From NCBI GenBank assembly GCA_946965045.2, contig OX337236.1, forward strand, positions 3,472,001-3,536,000: a stretch of DNA of 64,000 nt. Direction: 5' to 3'. The stretch comes from Epithemia pelagica. Taxonomy: Eukaryota > Protista > Bacillariophyta. The translations under genes were made by a program, and so were the position numbers. Below the pieces are notes generated by a model, which saw nothing but the letters and a program-made list of their open reading frames with translations, was not told where the DNA came from and ran no database searches. Positions 43,420-55,416 of the stretch are shown here, piece by piece; the stretch's first letter is position 1; every line of letters begins with the position of its first letter.

Positions 43420-46120
43420 AATTTGCAACGTATTGCATGTATGTCCTAACATTCGCGGAACTATAGCATTATCATTTTACTCTCAAACAGTAGTTGGATT
43501 GTTTTCTTCATGGCATTGCGACCTATAGAGATATCATGTACACCGTTGTACTACCTAGTTGAAAACGAAAGTTACACCATCCGGCATGACACTGCAAACA
43601 GGAGTGGAGCCAGGCCTTGGGTAGATGTCCATGGTACCATGCCTTTATGCTGTTGATGGGGTCGAGAAATCATGCTGTGGAAGATTATGGTTTCGTGCTT
43701 GAAACACTTGGGCGCAGCGACTCGTTTGGACGGTCGTCTTCGTTCCGACCATGCGTTCAATTGTGTGGGGATTGTCCTTCTATGGCTAATGCCTGCGTGA
43801 GAGGACAGTACGCCGTCTCTCGACGCTTGTGGTTTTTGGTGACAGGGCATTTGCGAATCCTTTGGATTTTTTGCCAATGACGTGTTCGATTTTTCCTCCA
43901 ATACAGCAACTATTCTTGATCATGAGGTCAGCAATTTGCATGCGTCGATCCAGCAATCAGTCTCTCCGTAGTGGCTCGTTGACAGTCCATGGTTATCGGT
44001 CCATGGGGATCCACAAGAACAATCGCAGTGTGCAAAGCTATGTCTTGCCCCTCAATGCCAGTTCCGCCGAAACCTTGTTGCACGACCCAGTTCCGCCGAA
44101 ACCTTGTTGCACGACTACAGCACTGTCAAACAGCAGTGTTGGACCTCGATCACTACCACAGTTGAGCCTCGTAGCGAACTCTGCAGTACTAACCACAAAA
44201 CCACGACCACGAATGGCGCCAATCATGTCTTGGCTGTAGTCTACTAGAACTTGTTTTTGTTGTTCTTCTTCTTCGTTGGATTCTGGTTGGTGTTGCTGCC
44301 TTGTCGTTCCACACCAACACACAGCTTGAATCTTCCTTTGTAGACTTGAAACGGCGATGCGACCCTTTCCCATAATCAATTCTTCACTAGGGAGTTGAAT
44401 TGCGTTCCGTACTTCGACCCGTAGTACTGGAGAAGAATTCTGGTTCCCGTCCTAGTGTTCTTCTTTTTGTTCTTGTTTGTTGCGTACGATTTCTAGCTTG
44501 TTGCGATCAAAGTTGTCGTTGAGTATGGTGTTCTTCTTTCGTCCAGTGTGACAACAACAAATGCGGTTTGGTTTTTATAATTGCTATGGGGATCCGTCGT
44601 GGTTTCTTTCGTGGCTTGCGCTGTTGCGGCGACACTTGATGCAGTGTTTCATCCAATGCACAGTTGGTGATTGGCTGCAACGACCAAGACTTGGTAGTCG
44701 ACGATATTGGGCTGTAGGAGCACTTCCCACATACAAGTCCAACGCCAAGAGAGACAAATCTCCGCACTGTCCGCAAAGTTCTCGTCAGGGTTGACGAACA
44801 TGATGCACTTCCATTTCGTCATACTAAGAGGGATCCATGTCATGTTGCGAGACACAACCAAACGTGACACCCCACTCCAAGGGAACGCAAATTTCCATTT
44901 GCACGGATTGTGGCAGTGTTTCCAGTGGTGGAAGATTGTTGTTTGGGTGGTCCGTATGTACGAATCATCGATTTGGTTGGCATGACAACTTTGCGCAAAC
45001 GGTTGTCTCGAACGGTACAAATGACATCTTGTCGTTGGTGCAATTCTGCGGTAGACGCAGTAGTATTGTGGAATCCTGTCTAGTGATAGACACTGGTATC
45101 CTCGTCGGGTTGCCACACATGATAGTGTGCTTCTGCTGCTTCGGGTGGATCTGGTGGTTGTGGTTGCTCCTCAGTGTTGTCGTCCCACGAAGATCGAATG
45201 CTGACACCTCGACGAATAGTGGTGGGCGGTGGACAGTGTTAAGGGGCACACGAGATCCATTCTTCCTTGTCGTTTCCAGCAAACAATTGAATCGACAAGT
45301 GTGTTTTCAATCGGTACGACACGAATTGGTGCCGTGACCTGTAAGCCAAGATGACGGATGCGAAAGGCCTGAAATTGTTCCGCAAAGGACTTGTCGGCGG
45401 TGTCGGTGGCCTGTGCACAGGTGGAGGCCAAGTGCAACCAGAACAAGAACGACCCGAACCAGGAGTACCCACGAATCGTGGCAACGGGCTTGGGACAATG
45501 CTTCATCACAACCATTCTATGCTGCGTTCCCTTGTCTTTCTTGGTTGGAACGAGACTGCCACGCCCCCACAGTCAATTCGAAACAACAACCACAAGAAGA
45601 AGACAATTATGGTGATAATGACGATGATGCCAGACAGTGTTTGGCTGCATCACTTGGTTCCATTTCATTCCAGGTTTGGTTTCTTTCTCTGGTTCGTGGT
45701 AAGCCCATCGAGAAACGAGACGACATCCTCCCCAACCTTTGCTATTGCCCTTACAATTGCCTGAGAGGAAGATGACTGAGTTTTCACAAGATCACTTGTC
45801 CGTGACTGGTTGGGAAAGGTGCCAGAGATTCGGAAGAAGACAAATTATAGGTAGTGAGTGCTCACAACTGAACCCTGGATCTTCACCGCTGGGGATAAGT
45901 CCGAACCCATCAGCAATCACAGGTTCCAAAAACGCCCACGATACTCCCAAGAAGGATGCGTGGTCTTCTTCATCGCGTTGATACGGTCACGATTTGTCTC
46001 GTAACCCATCCATTTCGTCAAGTCAGTCGAGCTTCCAGTCCGCACCTATCAGAATCAAAGGAGCAAAGCAAAACCAGTAACCACTTACAATACAGTGTCT
46101 CATTCCCCATAAATTCGCTG
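43420..46120 (+). repeat. Segmental duplication of spacer (partner 60575-63370)
   Basis: Near-identical sequence by eye, e.g. 44410-45760 vs 61640-63000. Confidence 0.9.
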
Positions 46121-46139
46121 CAGTTAATATTTTGGAGCA

Positions 46140-47330
46140 ATGAGCATGACACTGAAAGAACAAGCATGGCAGTCGGGCCTTGTCATATCGGACGAAACAC
46201 CAGAGTGGAATGAAAACGACTGGTCTCCTCTTGTGGGTGGATGGCGTTACCGTCATACTTCGGTCATATTGAATCATACCGATAACAACAAGAGACAAAC
46301 GGTCGTCGTGATGGGCGGATATCAGCAAGGCAAAGGTACCACGGATTTCGTTCTTGTAATGAATCTATCAGACCCAGACAAACAGTGGCGCGAAGGACCA
46401 TCCATGAACCAGAAGCGTGATGGACATGCCGCTGTTGTTTGCAATGGCGGCGTGTACGTGATGGGAGGATACAATCGAGTAACTTTGGATTGTATTGAAC
46501 GAATCGATGCCAATGATTTGCTACAATCATCCTTAACAACAACCACCACGCATGAGAGTCATTGGACGACATTGACATGTCGATTATCGACGAGAAGAAA
46601 TGGATGTTGTGCTGTTGCGGTGCATGATCGATACATTGTTGTAATGGGTGGCTGTTACAACCATCGCTGTTTTTCGTCGGTGGATATTATTGATACCAGC
46701 AATCACATTGCCACTGCTGGACCATCCATGACTGTTCCACGAGCATCCTGTGCCAGTGCGGTCATTGGCCACCGCATCTTTGTCGTTGGAGGCGAAAACG
46801 ATCTTAACTCGGTGGAGTATTTGGAATTTTCAAAGCCTGGTGACAATGAAGAGACAAAGAAGCAGCCTGGCTTGACATTGAGTTCTTTCTTTTCCACCTG
46901 GATCACTCATTCTGATTTAGTGCTTTCCAATGCACGAAGTTGTTATGCAATGGTTGCCGTGGGATCTTGTCTAGTGGTGACTGGAGGATACGAATCATCC
47001 GTGGAGGTCTTGGATACGAACCGCAACTGCGTGTGGAATCTTCCACCATTCGCATATCACCGCGATGGCTGCAGTATGGTGACTGTTGCCAATCAAGTTG
47101 CCGTGATTGGTGGTTTGTACAATCCTACCTGTGCGACATTACCACTAATGGATAGGAATTCGTGGTGTTTTCGTCAACTCTGTGAGCAGCAATCGAACGG
47201 ATGGTATCATTCTCTTGAAGGTATGGGTCTCCGAGATGATGATATCTCACCCTCCTCCACGTCGACATCAGCTCGTAAACGAGCAAGGCAGAATACGCGC
47301 CAAAATAAGAAAGGGTCTGATGAAACATAA
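46140..47330 (+). CDS. Kelch-repeat protein, copy 10 (396 aa)
   Basis: Six blades; RKRAR tail. Confidence 0.93.
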   Translation: MSMTLKEQAWQSGLVISDETPEWNENDWSPLVGGWRYRHTSVILNHTDNNKRQTVVVMGGYQQGKGTTDFVLVMNLSDPDKQWREGPSMNQKRDGHAAVVCNGGVYVMGGYNRVTLDCIERIDANDLLQSSLTTTTTHESHWTTLTCRLSTRRNGCCAVAVHDRYIVVMGGCYNHRCFSSVDIIDTSNHIATAGPSMTVPRASCASAVIGHRIFVVGGENDLNSVEYLEFSKPGDNEETKKQPGLTLSSFFSTWITHSDLVLSNARSCYAMVAVGSCLVVTGGYESSVEVLDTNRNCVWNLPPFAYHRDGCSMVTVANQVAVIGGLYNPTCATLPLMDRNSWCFRQLCEQQSNGWYHSLEGMGLRDDDISPSSTSTSARKRARQNTRQNKKGSDET

Positions 47331-47402
47331 CGATTTTGTTCTCGAGTGGTTGACTTGTTTTCTACATTCAATTGTAATCCTAAGACCTAGTAAGTAGTAT
47401 AA

Positions 47403-47860
47403 GGCTGTTCCTCGAGCACGACAAAACCAATCTGAAAACGTGACACGTCATCAATTTACATCATCTTGACGTCATATTTCACCTCACAGTTTTTGTCGGG
47501 CCTCCATTCCGACAAATCCAGAGCTCAGGATTTGTCGGCCGACAAATCCTGAAATAGCATTAGGGATTGTGTTATCATTATTCTAGTGTACATATGGTAT
47601 ACAGAAACTTCCAGCGCGCGTTCTGGACTTCAGCGGCGCGCGTTCGACTCCAACGGTCCCCCAATCCCTAATGAAGTAGCCCGACTTGCGAATAGTATTG
47701 GTATTCAATTCCACAGAGTACTTGTGGGGAGTGTTGGGGACCCAGGCGCGGGCTCTCGTTTTGGTTTTGGTTTTGCTCGAGGATAGAAAAACGGGCCAAT
47801 GTGAAATTTCTCCAAGACGTCACGTTTTCAAATTGGTTTTGTCGTGCTCGAGGAACAGCC
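47403..47860. mobile_element. MITE, 458 bp, PIF/Harbinger (Tourist)-like
   Basis: ~42-bp TIRs GGCTGTTCCTCGAGCACGACAAAACCAAT(C/T)TGAAAACGTGAC; TAA at 47400-47402 and 47861-47863. Confidence 0.88.
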
Positions 47861-48724
47861 TAATTACTTCCCGGTGTCGAGTCCTTTCAAGGAGGGACCG
47901 CACGGCGCGAAGGGTAGAATGACTCGACGGGCAATTGTCTTGTCGGGCATTTTGTCATTCACAAGATTCGTGGTGGTGGCCGTCACGAAAACGTCAGTTG
48001 GTCCACAACGCCATGATGGCCAGGCCAACTTGGTTCGAACCCACCATCATTGCCGTCTTAAGATCAAGGTCCTCCGTTTGCGACAGAAGATCCTCCATAG
48101 AATCCGCCCAAGGCGCAGACGTGACCTGTGCGAAATGGTCGAGTCATTGTTTGTTACTCTGAAACGACCAAGCGTTCCCTCCCGTTTGTCGTTTTACCAA
48201 CAAGATTCTAACATCATATCAGCAACCAGAAACGAACACGAGCGATCCACCTGGCCAAAACAATCATGATGGAAGGGTATCCTCTGTTGGTTTACAGGCC
48301 GAGGAAAAATGTTCCGCAGTGATTGAAATTCTTGTTTCGTGGAATCCACTTCGCCATCTGGAAAAGCTCAAAAAAGTAGAATTCCAGAGAGATCCTCTGT
48401 AGTCATGAGAGCTTACGAAGAACCTATGAATGCAACACAGGGAAAGAGAGAGGCCATACATATCAGTGTTTGTCTGTCTGCCATGGTATCCAAAAACTTT
48501 TCCACGATACTCCCAAGAAGAATGCGTGGTCTTGTTCATTGCGTGGCTACGGTCACGATTTGTCTCGTGACGAAAGCGACCCATCTTTGGTCCATCCATT
48601 TCGTGAAGTCAGTCGTGCTTCCAGTCCGCACCCATCAGCATCACAACAGCAGAGCAACCCTACGTGCCTGTTACAATACGGTGTCTCGATCCTCATAAAA
48701 TCCGCAGTCGAAACGTTTGCAACA

Positions 48725-49918
48725 ATGACCACCACGCTGAAAGAACAAGCATGGCAGTCGGGGCTTGTCCTTATGGACGAGATAGCGCAATGGAATGAAA
48801 ACGATTGGCCTTCTCTTGAGGGTGGATGGCGAGATTATCATACATCGGTCGTACTTGATCATCCGGGGAAGACGGTCGTCGTGTTGGGAGGATATCAACA
48901 AGGCCAAGGCGGTGTCAATTCCGTTCTGTTATTGAATCTGTCAGACCCAGACAGGCACTGGCGAGAAGGGCCGCCCATGAACAAGAGATGTTATGGACAT
49001 GCCGCTGTTGTGTGCAACGGAGTCGCCTACGTAATGGGAGGATACAATGGAAATGGAGAAGCTTTGGATTGTATTGAACGAATCGATGCCAATGATTTGC
49101 TTCGATCATCCTTTACAACCACCACCACACAGCATAGTTATTGGACAACATTGACATGTCGATTATCAACGGGACGAGTGGGATGTTGTGCTGTTGCCGT
49201 GCACAACCGATACATCGTTGTAATGGGTGGCTACAGCAATCGTTATTGGTCGTCGGTGGATATTGTTGATACCAGGAACCACACTGTCTCTGTGGGACCA
49301 TCCATGAATGTTCCTCGATTTTGTTGTGCCAGTGCGGTCATTGGACACCGCATCTTTGTCGTTGGAGGTCATAACGATAATGGCCATCTTGACTCGGTGG
49401 AGTATTTGGACCATGCAACACCCCTTGACAGTGATGAGACAAAAAAGGAGACTGGCTCGACATTCCTTTCTTTCTCGTCCACCTGGATCACTCATCCTGA
49501 TTTGGTGCTTTCCAACCCTAGAGATTCTTGTGCAATGGTTGCCGTGGGATCTTGTCTGGTGGTGGCGGGTGGACAAGGCCATTCAACCGTGGAAGTCTTG
49601 GATACGCGCCGCAACCGCGTTTGGAATCTCCCACCATTGGATAATCACCGCGACGACTGCAGTACGGTGACTGTTGCCAATCAAGTTGCCGTGATAAGTG
49701 GCTGGGGAAGTCGTACCTGTGCGACATTACCACTACTGGACAAGCATACGTGGTGTTTTCGACGACTCTATGAGCAGCAGATCGACAGATGGTGTCTATT
49801 TCGGGAAGGAAGGAATATCCAACATGCTGATAATTCGCCTTTCCCCACCTGGACATCAGATCGTAAACGAGCAAGGCCCCACACGCACCGTGGTGATATA
49901 TGGAAGGATGGAACTTGA
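48725..49918 (+). CDS. Kelch-repeat protein, copy 11 (start set at ATG 48725)
   Basis: Six blades; shortest blade-1 loop (HPGK); RKRARP tail. Confidence 0.92.
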   Translation: MTTTLKEQAWQSGLVLMDEIAQWNENDWPSLEGGWRDYHTSVVLDHPGKTVVVLGGYQQGQGGVNSVLLLNLSDPDRHWREGPPMNKRCYGHAAVVCNGVAYVMGGYNGNGEALDCIERIDANDLLRSSFTTTTTQHSYWTTLTCRLSTGRVGCCAVAVHNRYIVVMGGYSNRYWSSVDIVDTRNHTVSVGPSMNVPRFCCASAVIGHRIFVVGGHNDNGHLDSVEYLDHATPLDSDETKKETGSTFLSFSSTWITHPDLVLSNPRDSCAMVAVGSCLVVAGGQGHSTVEVLDTRRNRVWNLPPLDNHRDDCSTVTVANQVAVISGWGSRTCATLPLLDKHTWCFRRLYEQQIDRWCLFREGRNIQHADNSPFPTWTSDRKRARPHTHRGDIWKDGT

Positions 49919-49919
49919 A

Positions 49920-52760
49920 ATTTGCAACACATTGCATATATGTGCTATTAACATTAGCGGAACTAAAACATTATCATTTTATTCTCAAACAGTTGTTGTA
50001 TTGTTTTCTTCATGGCATTGCGAACTTTAGAGATATCATGTACACCCTTGTACTAGTAGAAAACGAAAGTTACACCATCCGGCATGACACCGCAAACAGG
50101 AGTGGAGCAAGGCCTTGGGTAAAGATGCCCATGGTACCATGCCTCTCTGAAGTTAACTAGGTCGACTTATCATGCTGTGGAAAATTATGGTTGCGTGCCT
50201 GCAACACTTGGCGCAGCGACTCGTTTGGACGGTCGACCATGCGTTCAATTGTGGAGTCCGGGCTTTCTATGGCTAACGCCTACGTGAGAGGACAGTACCC
50301 CGTCTCTCGATGCTTGTGGTTTCGGGTGAGAGAACCCTTTGGAATTTTTGCCACCGAAGTGTTCGATATTTCCTCCACTACAGCAACTAGTCTTTGTGAA
50401 GTCTTTATGATGAGGTCAGCAATTTGCTTGCGTCGATCCAGCAATCAGTCTCTCCGTAGTGGCTCGTTGACAGCCCATGGGTATCGGTCCATTGGTATCA
50501 ACAAGAACAATCTCAATGCCAGTTCCGCCGAAACCTTGTTGCACGACTACAGCACTGTCAAACAGCACTGTTGGACATCAACCACTACAATCTCTGTGCC
50601 TCGTACAGCACCAACAAAACCACGACCCTCGCCGATCATGTCTTGGCTGTCGTCCAACAGCAGTGTTGGACCTCGATGACTACCACAGTTGAGTCTCGTA
50701 CCGAACTCAGCAGTACCAACAACAAAACCACGACGCCGATCATGTCTTGGCTGTAGTCTACTAGAGCTTGTTGTTGTTGTTTTGTTCTTCTTCTTCGTTG
50801 GATTCTGGTTGGTGTTGCTGCCTTGTCGTTCCACACCAACACCCAGCTTGAATCTTTGTATGTATGAGACTTGAAGGGCCTTTCCCATGATCAATTCTTC
50901 ACTACTCCAATCGGACGCGTCGGGAGGGAGTTGAATAGCGTTCCATACTTCAATCCAAAGTACTACGCTGGTCGTCATCGGTGTAACTATCCTCTTGGTC
51001 CGACTTTGAGCATTCGTCGCAACCATGATGTTTCCATTCATAGCTGTCGTCATATCCACTAGCCATGGTTTGGCACAGGGGAATGCTCCTCCTCTCTTTT
51101 GTCTTCCACATTTGTATGTACCTCCAATGGGGCGACTTTGTTCTCGATTCAGGTCTTCATGGTGTCATGTCGAGAAAGGGTCCACATATCATTGGCGACC
51201 AGACCATGCGGTGCCACAACATAAAGAGATTTGATCAATACGGGAGGAGGATTTTCGTTCCGAGAAAGACATAAGCATACCATCGTCATCGTGCTCTTCT
51301 TCTTCTTCTTGTTGTTGTTGTTGTTGTTGTTGTTTGTTACACCAGACCTCCTGTTGCGAATCGAAAACCAAGGTGCGAATTCTAGCTTGTTGCGATCACA
51401 GTTGTCGTTGAGTATGGTGTTCTTCTTTCGTCCAGTGTTTTATTCATCTTGTTAGAGTCTTCTTCCACGGGAGACATGAGAGCGAGTCACAGCAGAAAAC
51501 GCTGCCAGAGGGCGCAACAGGTCAATCTCCGAAACCAAAGACGGCGACGACGACGACGGCGGCAGACACATTGTTGTGCTCATGGTATCTTTTTTCGTTC
51601 GTTTCAATGGATATTCCCCCAAACTGTGATGTGGAGTCCCCCTCCCCCAAAATCTGGAGTCCCTTCCAGATCTTGGTCGCGGAATGAGGACAGGAATGGC
51701 TCGCAGGCGCGCCGACCAAGACGAACCCTGTCACTCTATCTCACAGGCGCGCCGACCGAGACGAGCAGTTCCACTCTTTCCTCTATTCGAAAAAGGAGAG
51801 GACAATTGACAATTGCTCTCGTCGCCAAGACGACCACTCTACAATAGAACCTACTGCCACACTCCATGGGAAACCATGGAATCGTTCGTTACGAGCAATT
51901 TATGAGACTTTGCCAGTGACGAGGCATGTACGTCTCTTCTTCCTTTTCTTGGTGAAAGACTACGAAGATTGTCGCAAGGAAAAAGACCAACCATATAAAG
52001 GCGCTTCGAATGAAATGGAACAAGGGAGAACAACAACGACCATTCCACAAAAGCGGTAGCACCGAGGATGCAGAAGCGTTGACGATGCGTCATTCCTCAT
52101 CCACAAAACTCCCTCTGCAAGCTTGTCTGCCTCCCCAAGACCCCACATTGATGCTGGTGGTGTACAATCGTTGTTGGTGAGACTCTCTCGATCAACCAAG
52201 TGACCCCTCCAGTTTGTCATCTTCGCAACAAAATCCTAACGCTACATGAGCAACAAGAAAAGAAACCGAGCGATCCACCATGGACCAATGCAAACAGGGT
52301 GATATCGAGTACTCTTCTGATTTACCGCATTCATCCTCAAAAAGATCAGCAATGATTGGTACATGGGATCTCGTGTTTCGTGTAAACAACATCACCATCC
52401 CATGGGTCCCTCTGGAAGAAGAGTCGTTGTGGTTATCGAAAGCAGAGGCTCGACAAGTAAGATTGCAAAGAGATCCTCTAGTCACGAGCGCCCACGAAGA
52501 ACGAAGAATCTATGGATGCAAAACACATGGATAGAGAGAAATAGATCGGAGCCATATACATACCAGTGGTTCTGTGTCGTTAATTTCGGTATCCAAAAAC
52601 TTCTCCGAAAAGAATGCGTGATCTGTGACAAGAACAGTCACGATATTTCTCTATCCATCGATTTCGGCAAGTCAGTCGTGCTTCCAGTCCGCACCTATCA
52701 GAATCACAGGAGCAAAGCAAAACCTGTCCCGATCCTCATAAATTCTGCAGTTAATATTTT
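49920..52760 (+). repeat. Segmental duplication of spacer (partner 430-3100)
   Basis: 49920-50570 matches 430-1100; 51450-52560 matches 1730-2830. Confidence 0.9.
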
Positions 52761-53599
52761 GGAACAACCATGAATGACTCGAATTTGGAACTAAACACCT
52801 CTCACTGGGAATACAACGCTCAGTACGAATGTCAAGGACAGAGCGGAACGGTGTGGGCAGGAGACGACCATTTTGTGGATCAGTCATGGCTGCTAGGCGA
52901 CGGCAAACAGAGTGGTGAGACCCAAAGGTTGGACGAGTAAGACTTGTTTCCAAGAGAGACTGCGCGGATTCGGACCAAGGCTTGGTGTAATCGTGAAGCT
53001 GAAAGCACACTTGAGTCACGTTGGCTGAAGAGATGCATTCTGGTTGCCGTCGTTGCATAGACAAGGAGATTGCTTAGATCTTGTCGGGTGCTGTCAAACT
53101 ATGGACCAAGCTCCAGGCCAATAAACACCAGAGAATCGATCGAGCCACGCTCAAACTGCAATGTTGCCGCCGCTGCAGCTGCTACCAGGCTTGGATTCAC
53201 AGTCGATATCCATGTTCGCGATCGGTGTTTCATGTCACAGAACACACTGGCATTGGACAAGGCCACTCTGTGATTGTCTTGTTCCTGTTCTTGCCGTTGT
53301 ACTACCACCTCTGTTTCAGAAATTGCGGAACTGGATGTTTTTGGAATAGACCCACAGGAATGCAACTCCCGAATCTGTCAGTCACATCCTGCAATTTCCA
53401 ACGGCCTCTTTTGTTGCAACGGTGTATTTTCGTCATTAGTGGTTTGACACCGGCAATTTGACATATCCTGACACACAAAACTCTTGTACGTTCTCGACGC
53501 CAGGTGCATCGAAGCGACGACTCCTCTGGTTCACCTTTTGCTTCTTGAACTCTTGTGGTTTTCAATCGAGATGACAACATCACCCATTGACAAATGTAG

Positions 53600-53750
53600 C
53601 ACCGGTCCTGACACCCACCATTGGCGAACGGAGGCCCTTGAGCCCGTGCGATATGCGTCTGCCACAATCATTGGACGACATGCGCGAGCATTACTGACAA
53701 CCGGCGAAGACGGCACGACACGGATTTGGCTCTCCCATAAAGATGATGAT
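53600..53750 (+). pseudogene. WD40-like fragment (paralog ~41400-41525)
   Basis: ALLTTGEDGTTRIW and ALLTTGADGTRRIW resemble the WD40 core lvTgseDgtvrlW. Confidence 0.4.
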
Positions 53751-54381
53751 TGATGGAGTCGGTATCAATAATGACATAAGGGACCAACCTTTGCGGTCCA
53801 ACCACAGCCACGTGACATTCTCGAAAGCGGTCCAAAGAAGACGAATGCAGGCATCTGCTGTTAATGCAACACGGGAAGCGCGTCACAATGGGTTCCTTCT
53901 GGTCCATCATGTCGTGGCCTTGCTTCCTTCACAATATGCCCGATGCATTCAAATCATTGGATCAAGAGTCAAGAGAGGACCACTCTCTCTGTTGTTGCTG
54001 TCGTTGTGAACAGACTGTATAGGACCAAGGAAAGAATGGTGTTCCACGAATGGCGTGGGACGAGATGACTTGGAAATTAGGGATTGTCGATCTGTGGATG
54101 TTGAATTACCAATCTGTGGACCAATGTATCATTCAAAAGGACCTCTTCATCACTATATTTGGGATCTCTCGCTCTCCCTTGTTTTGTGTCGTATCATATT
54201 AATGCAGCACAAAAGATACTTTTGGGGGCTTGTCATGAAATCTATGTGCGATTGATTGCCCTTCACCATCGTACGCAGGACAGGCACAACTTTCCTCCTC
54301 TCTCTCTCCTCTACACGCAACAAAGCTCGCTGTCATTTCTCTTCGACGTTGTAACAGACGTCGTTGTAAAGCGCCGTGACC

Positions 54382-55416
54382 ATGACAACGACACTGCAAA
54401 AGCAAGCATGGCTGTCGGGCCTTGTCCTGTTAGACGATGAGACACCTGAATGGAATTTCGAGGACTGGCCTCCTCTTGAGCGTGGATGGCGCTGGCATCA
54501 TGCTACGGTCATAATTGATCATCCCGATAACAACAAGGAACAAACGGTCGTCGTGTTGGGAGGTTACAGACAAGCCCCAGGTGCCACGGGTTCCGTTCTT
54601 GTATTGAATCTATCGGACCCAGACAAGCAGTGGCGAGAAGGACCATCCATGGACAAGACACGTGGTGGACATGCCGCTGCTTTGTGCAATGGCGGCGTTT
54701 ACGTAATGGGCGGATTCAATCGAGTTTGGGTGGATTCTATTGAACGAATCGATGCCAATGATTTGCTTCGATCATCTTTGACAACCACCACCACGCATGA
54801 GAGCAGTTGGACGGCATTGACATGTCGATTATCAACGGGCCGAGATGGATGTTGTGCTGTTGCGGTGCATGATCGATACATTGTTGTAATGGGTGGCTAC
54901 AGCGATCGTCATTTGTCGTCGGTGGATATTATAGATACAAACAACCACACTGTCACTGCGGGACCATCCATGAATGTTCCTCGATTTTGTTGTGCCAGTG
55001 CGGTCATTGGTCACCGCATCTTTGTCGTTGGAGGTCATAACGATGAGCATGGCTGTCTTTACACGGTGGAGTATTTGGACTATGCAACACCCTGTGACAA
55101 TGATGAGACAAAAAAGGAGACTGGCTCGACATTCCTTTCTTTCTCGTCCACCTGGATCACTCATTCGGAGTTGAGGCTTTCCAATTCACGAGGTTCTTGT
55201 GCAATGGTTGCCGTGGGATCTTGTCTAGTGGTGGCGGGAGGAGGATGGGGCAATTCAACCGTGGAAGTGTTGGATACGAACCGCAACCGCGTTTGGAATC
55301 TCCCATCACTCGGAAATGACCGCTTTGACTGCACTATGGTGGCTGTTGCCAATCAAGTTGCCGTGATTGGTGGATGGGAGAATCCTTCCTGTTCAACATT
55401 ACCACTCCTGGATTGA
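54382..55416 (+). CDS. Kelch-repeat protein, copy 12 (tail removed by AGA/AGG>TGA; propeller complete)
   Basis: Six blades; stop at LLD* where paralogs read LLDRNSW; the tail DNA persists downstream. Confidence 0.85.
   Translation: MTTTLQKQAWLSGLVLLDDETPEWNFEDWPPLERGWRWHHATVIIDHPDNNKEQTVVVLGGYRQAPGATGSVLVLNLSDPDKQWREGPSMDKTRGGHAAALCNGGVYVMGGFNRVWVDSIERIDANDLLRSSLTTTTTHESSWTALTCRLSTGRDGCCAVAVHDRYIVVMGGYSDRHLSSVDIIDTNNHTVTAGPSMNVPRFCCASAVIGHRIFVVGGHNDEHGCLYTVEYLDYATPCDNDETKKETGSTFLSFSSTWITHSELRLSNSRGSCAMVAVGSCLVVAGGGWGNSTVEVLDTNRNRVWNLPSLGNDRFDCTMVAVANQVAVIGGWENPSCSTLPLLD

Noticed and set aside
51295-51335. (TTC)n(TTG)n microsatellite
   Set aside because: Ordinary simple repeat of a kind common throughout these spacers.
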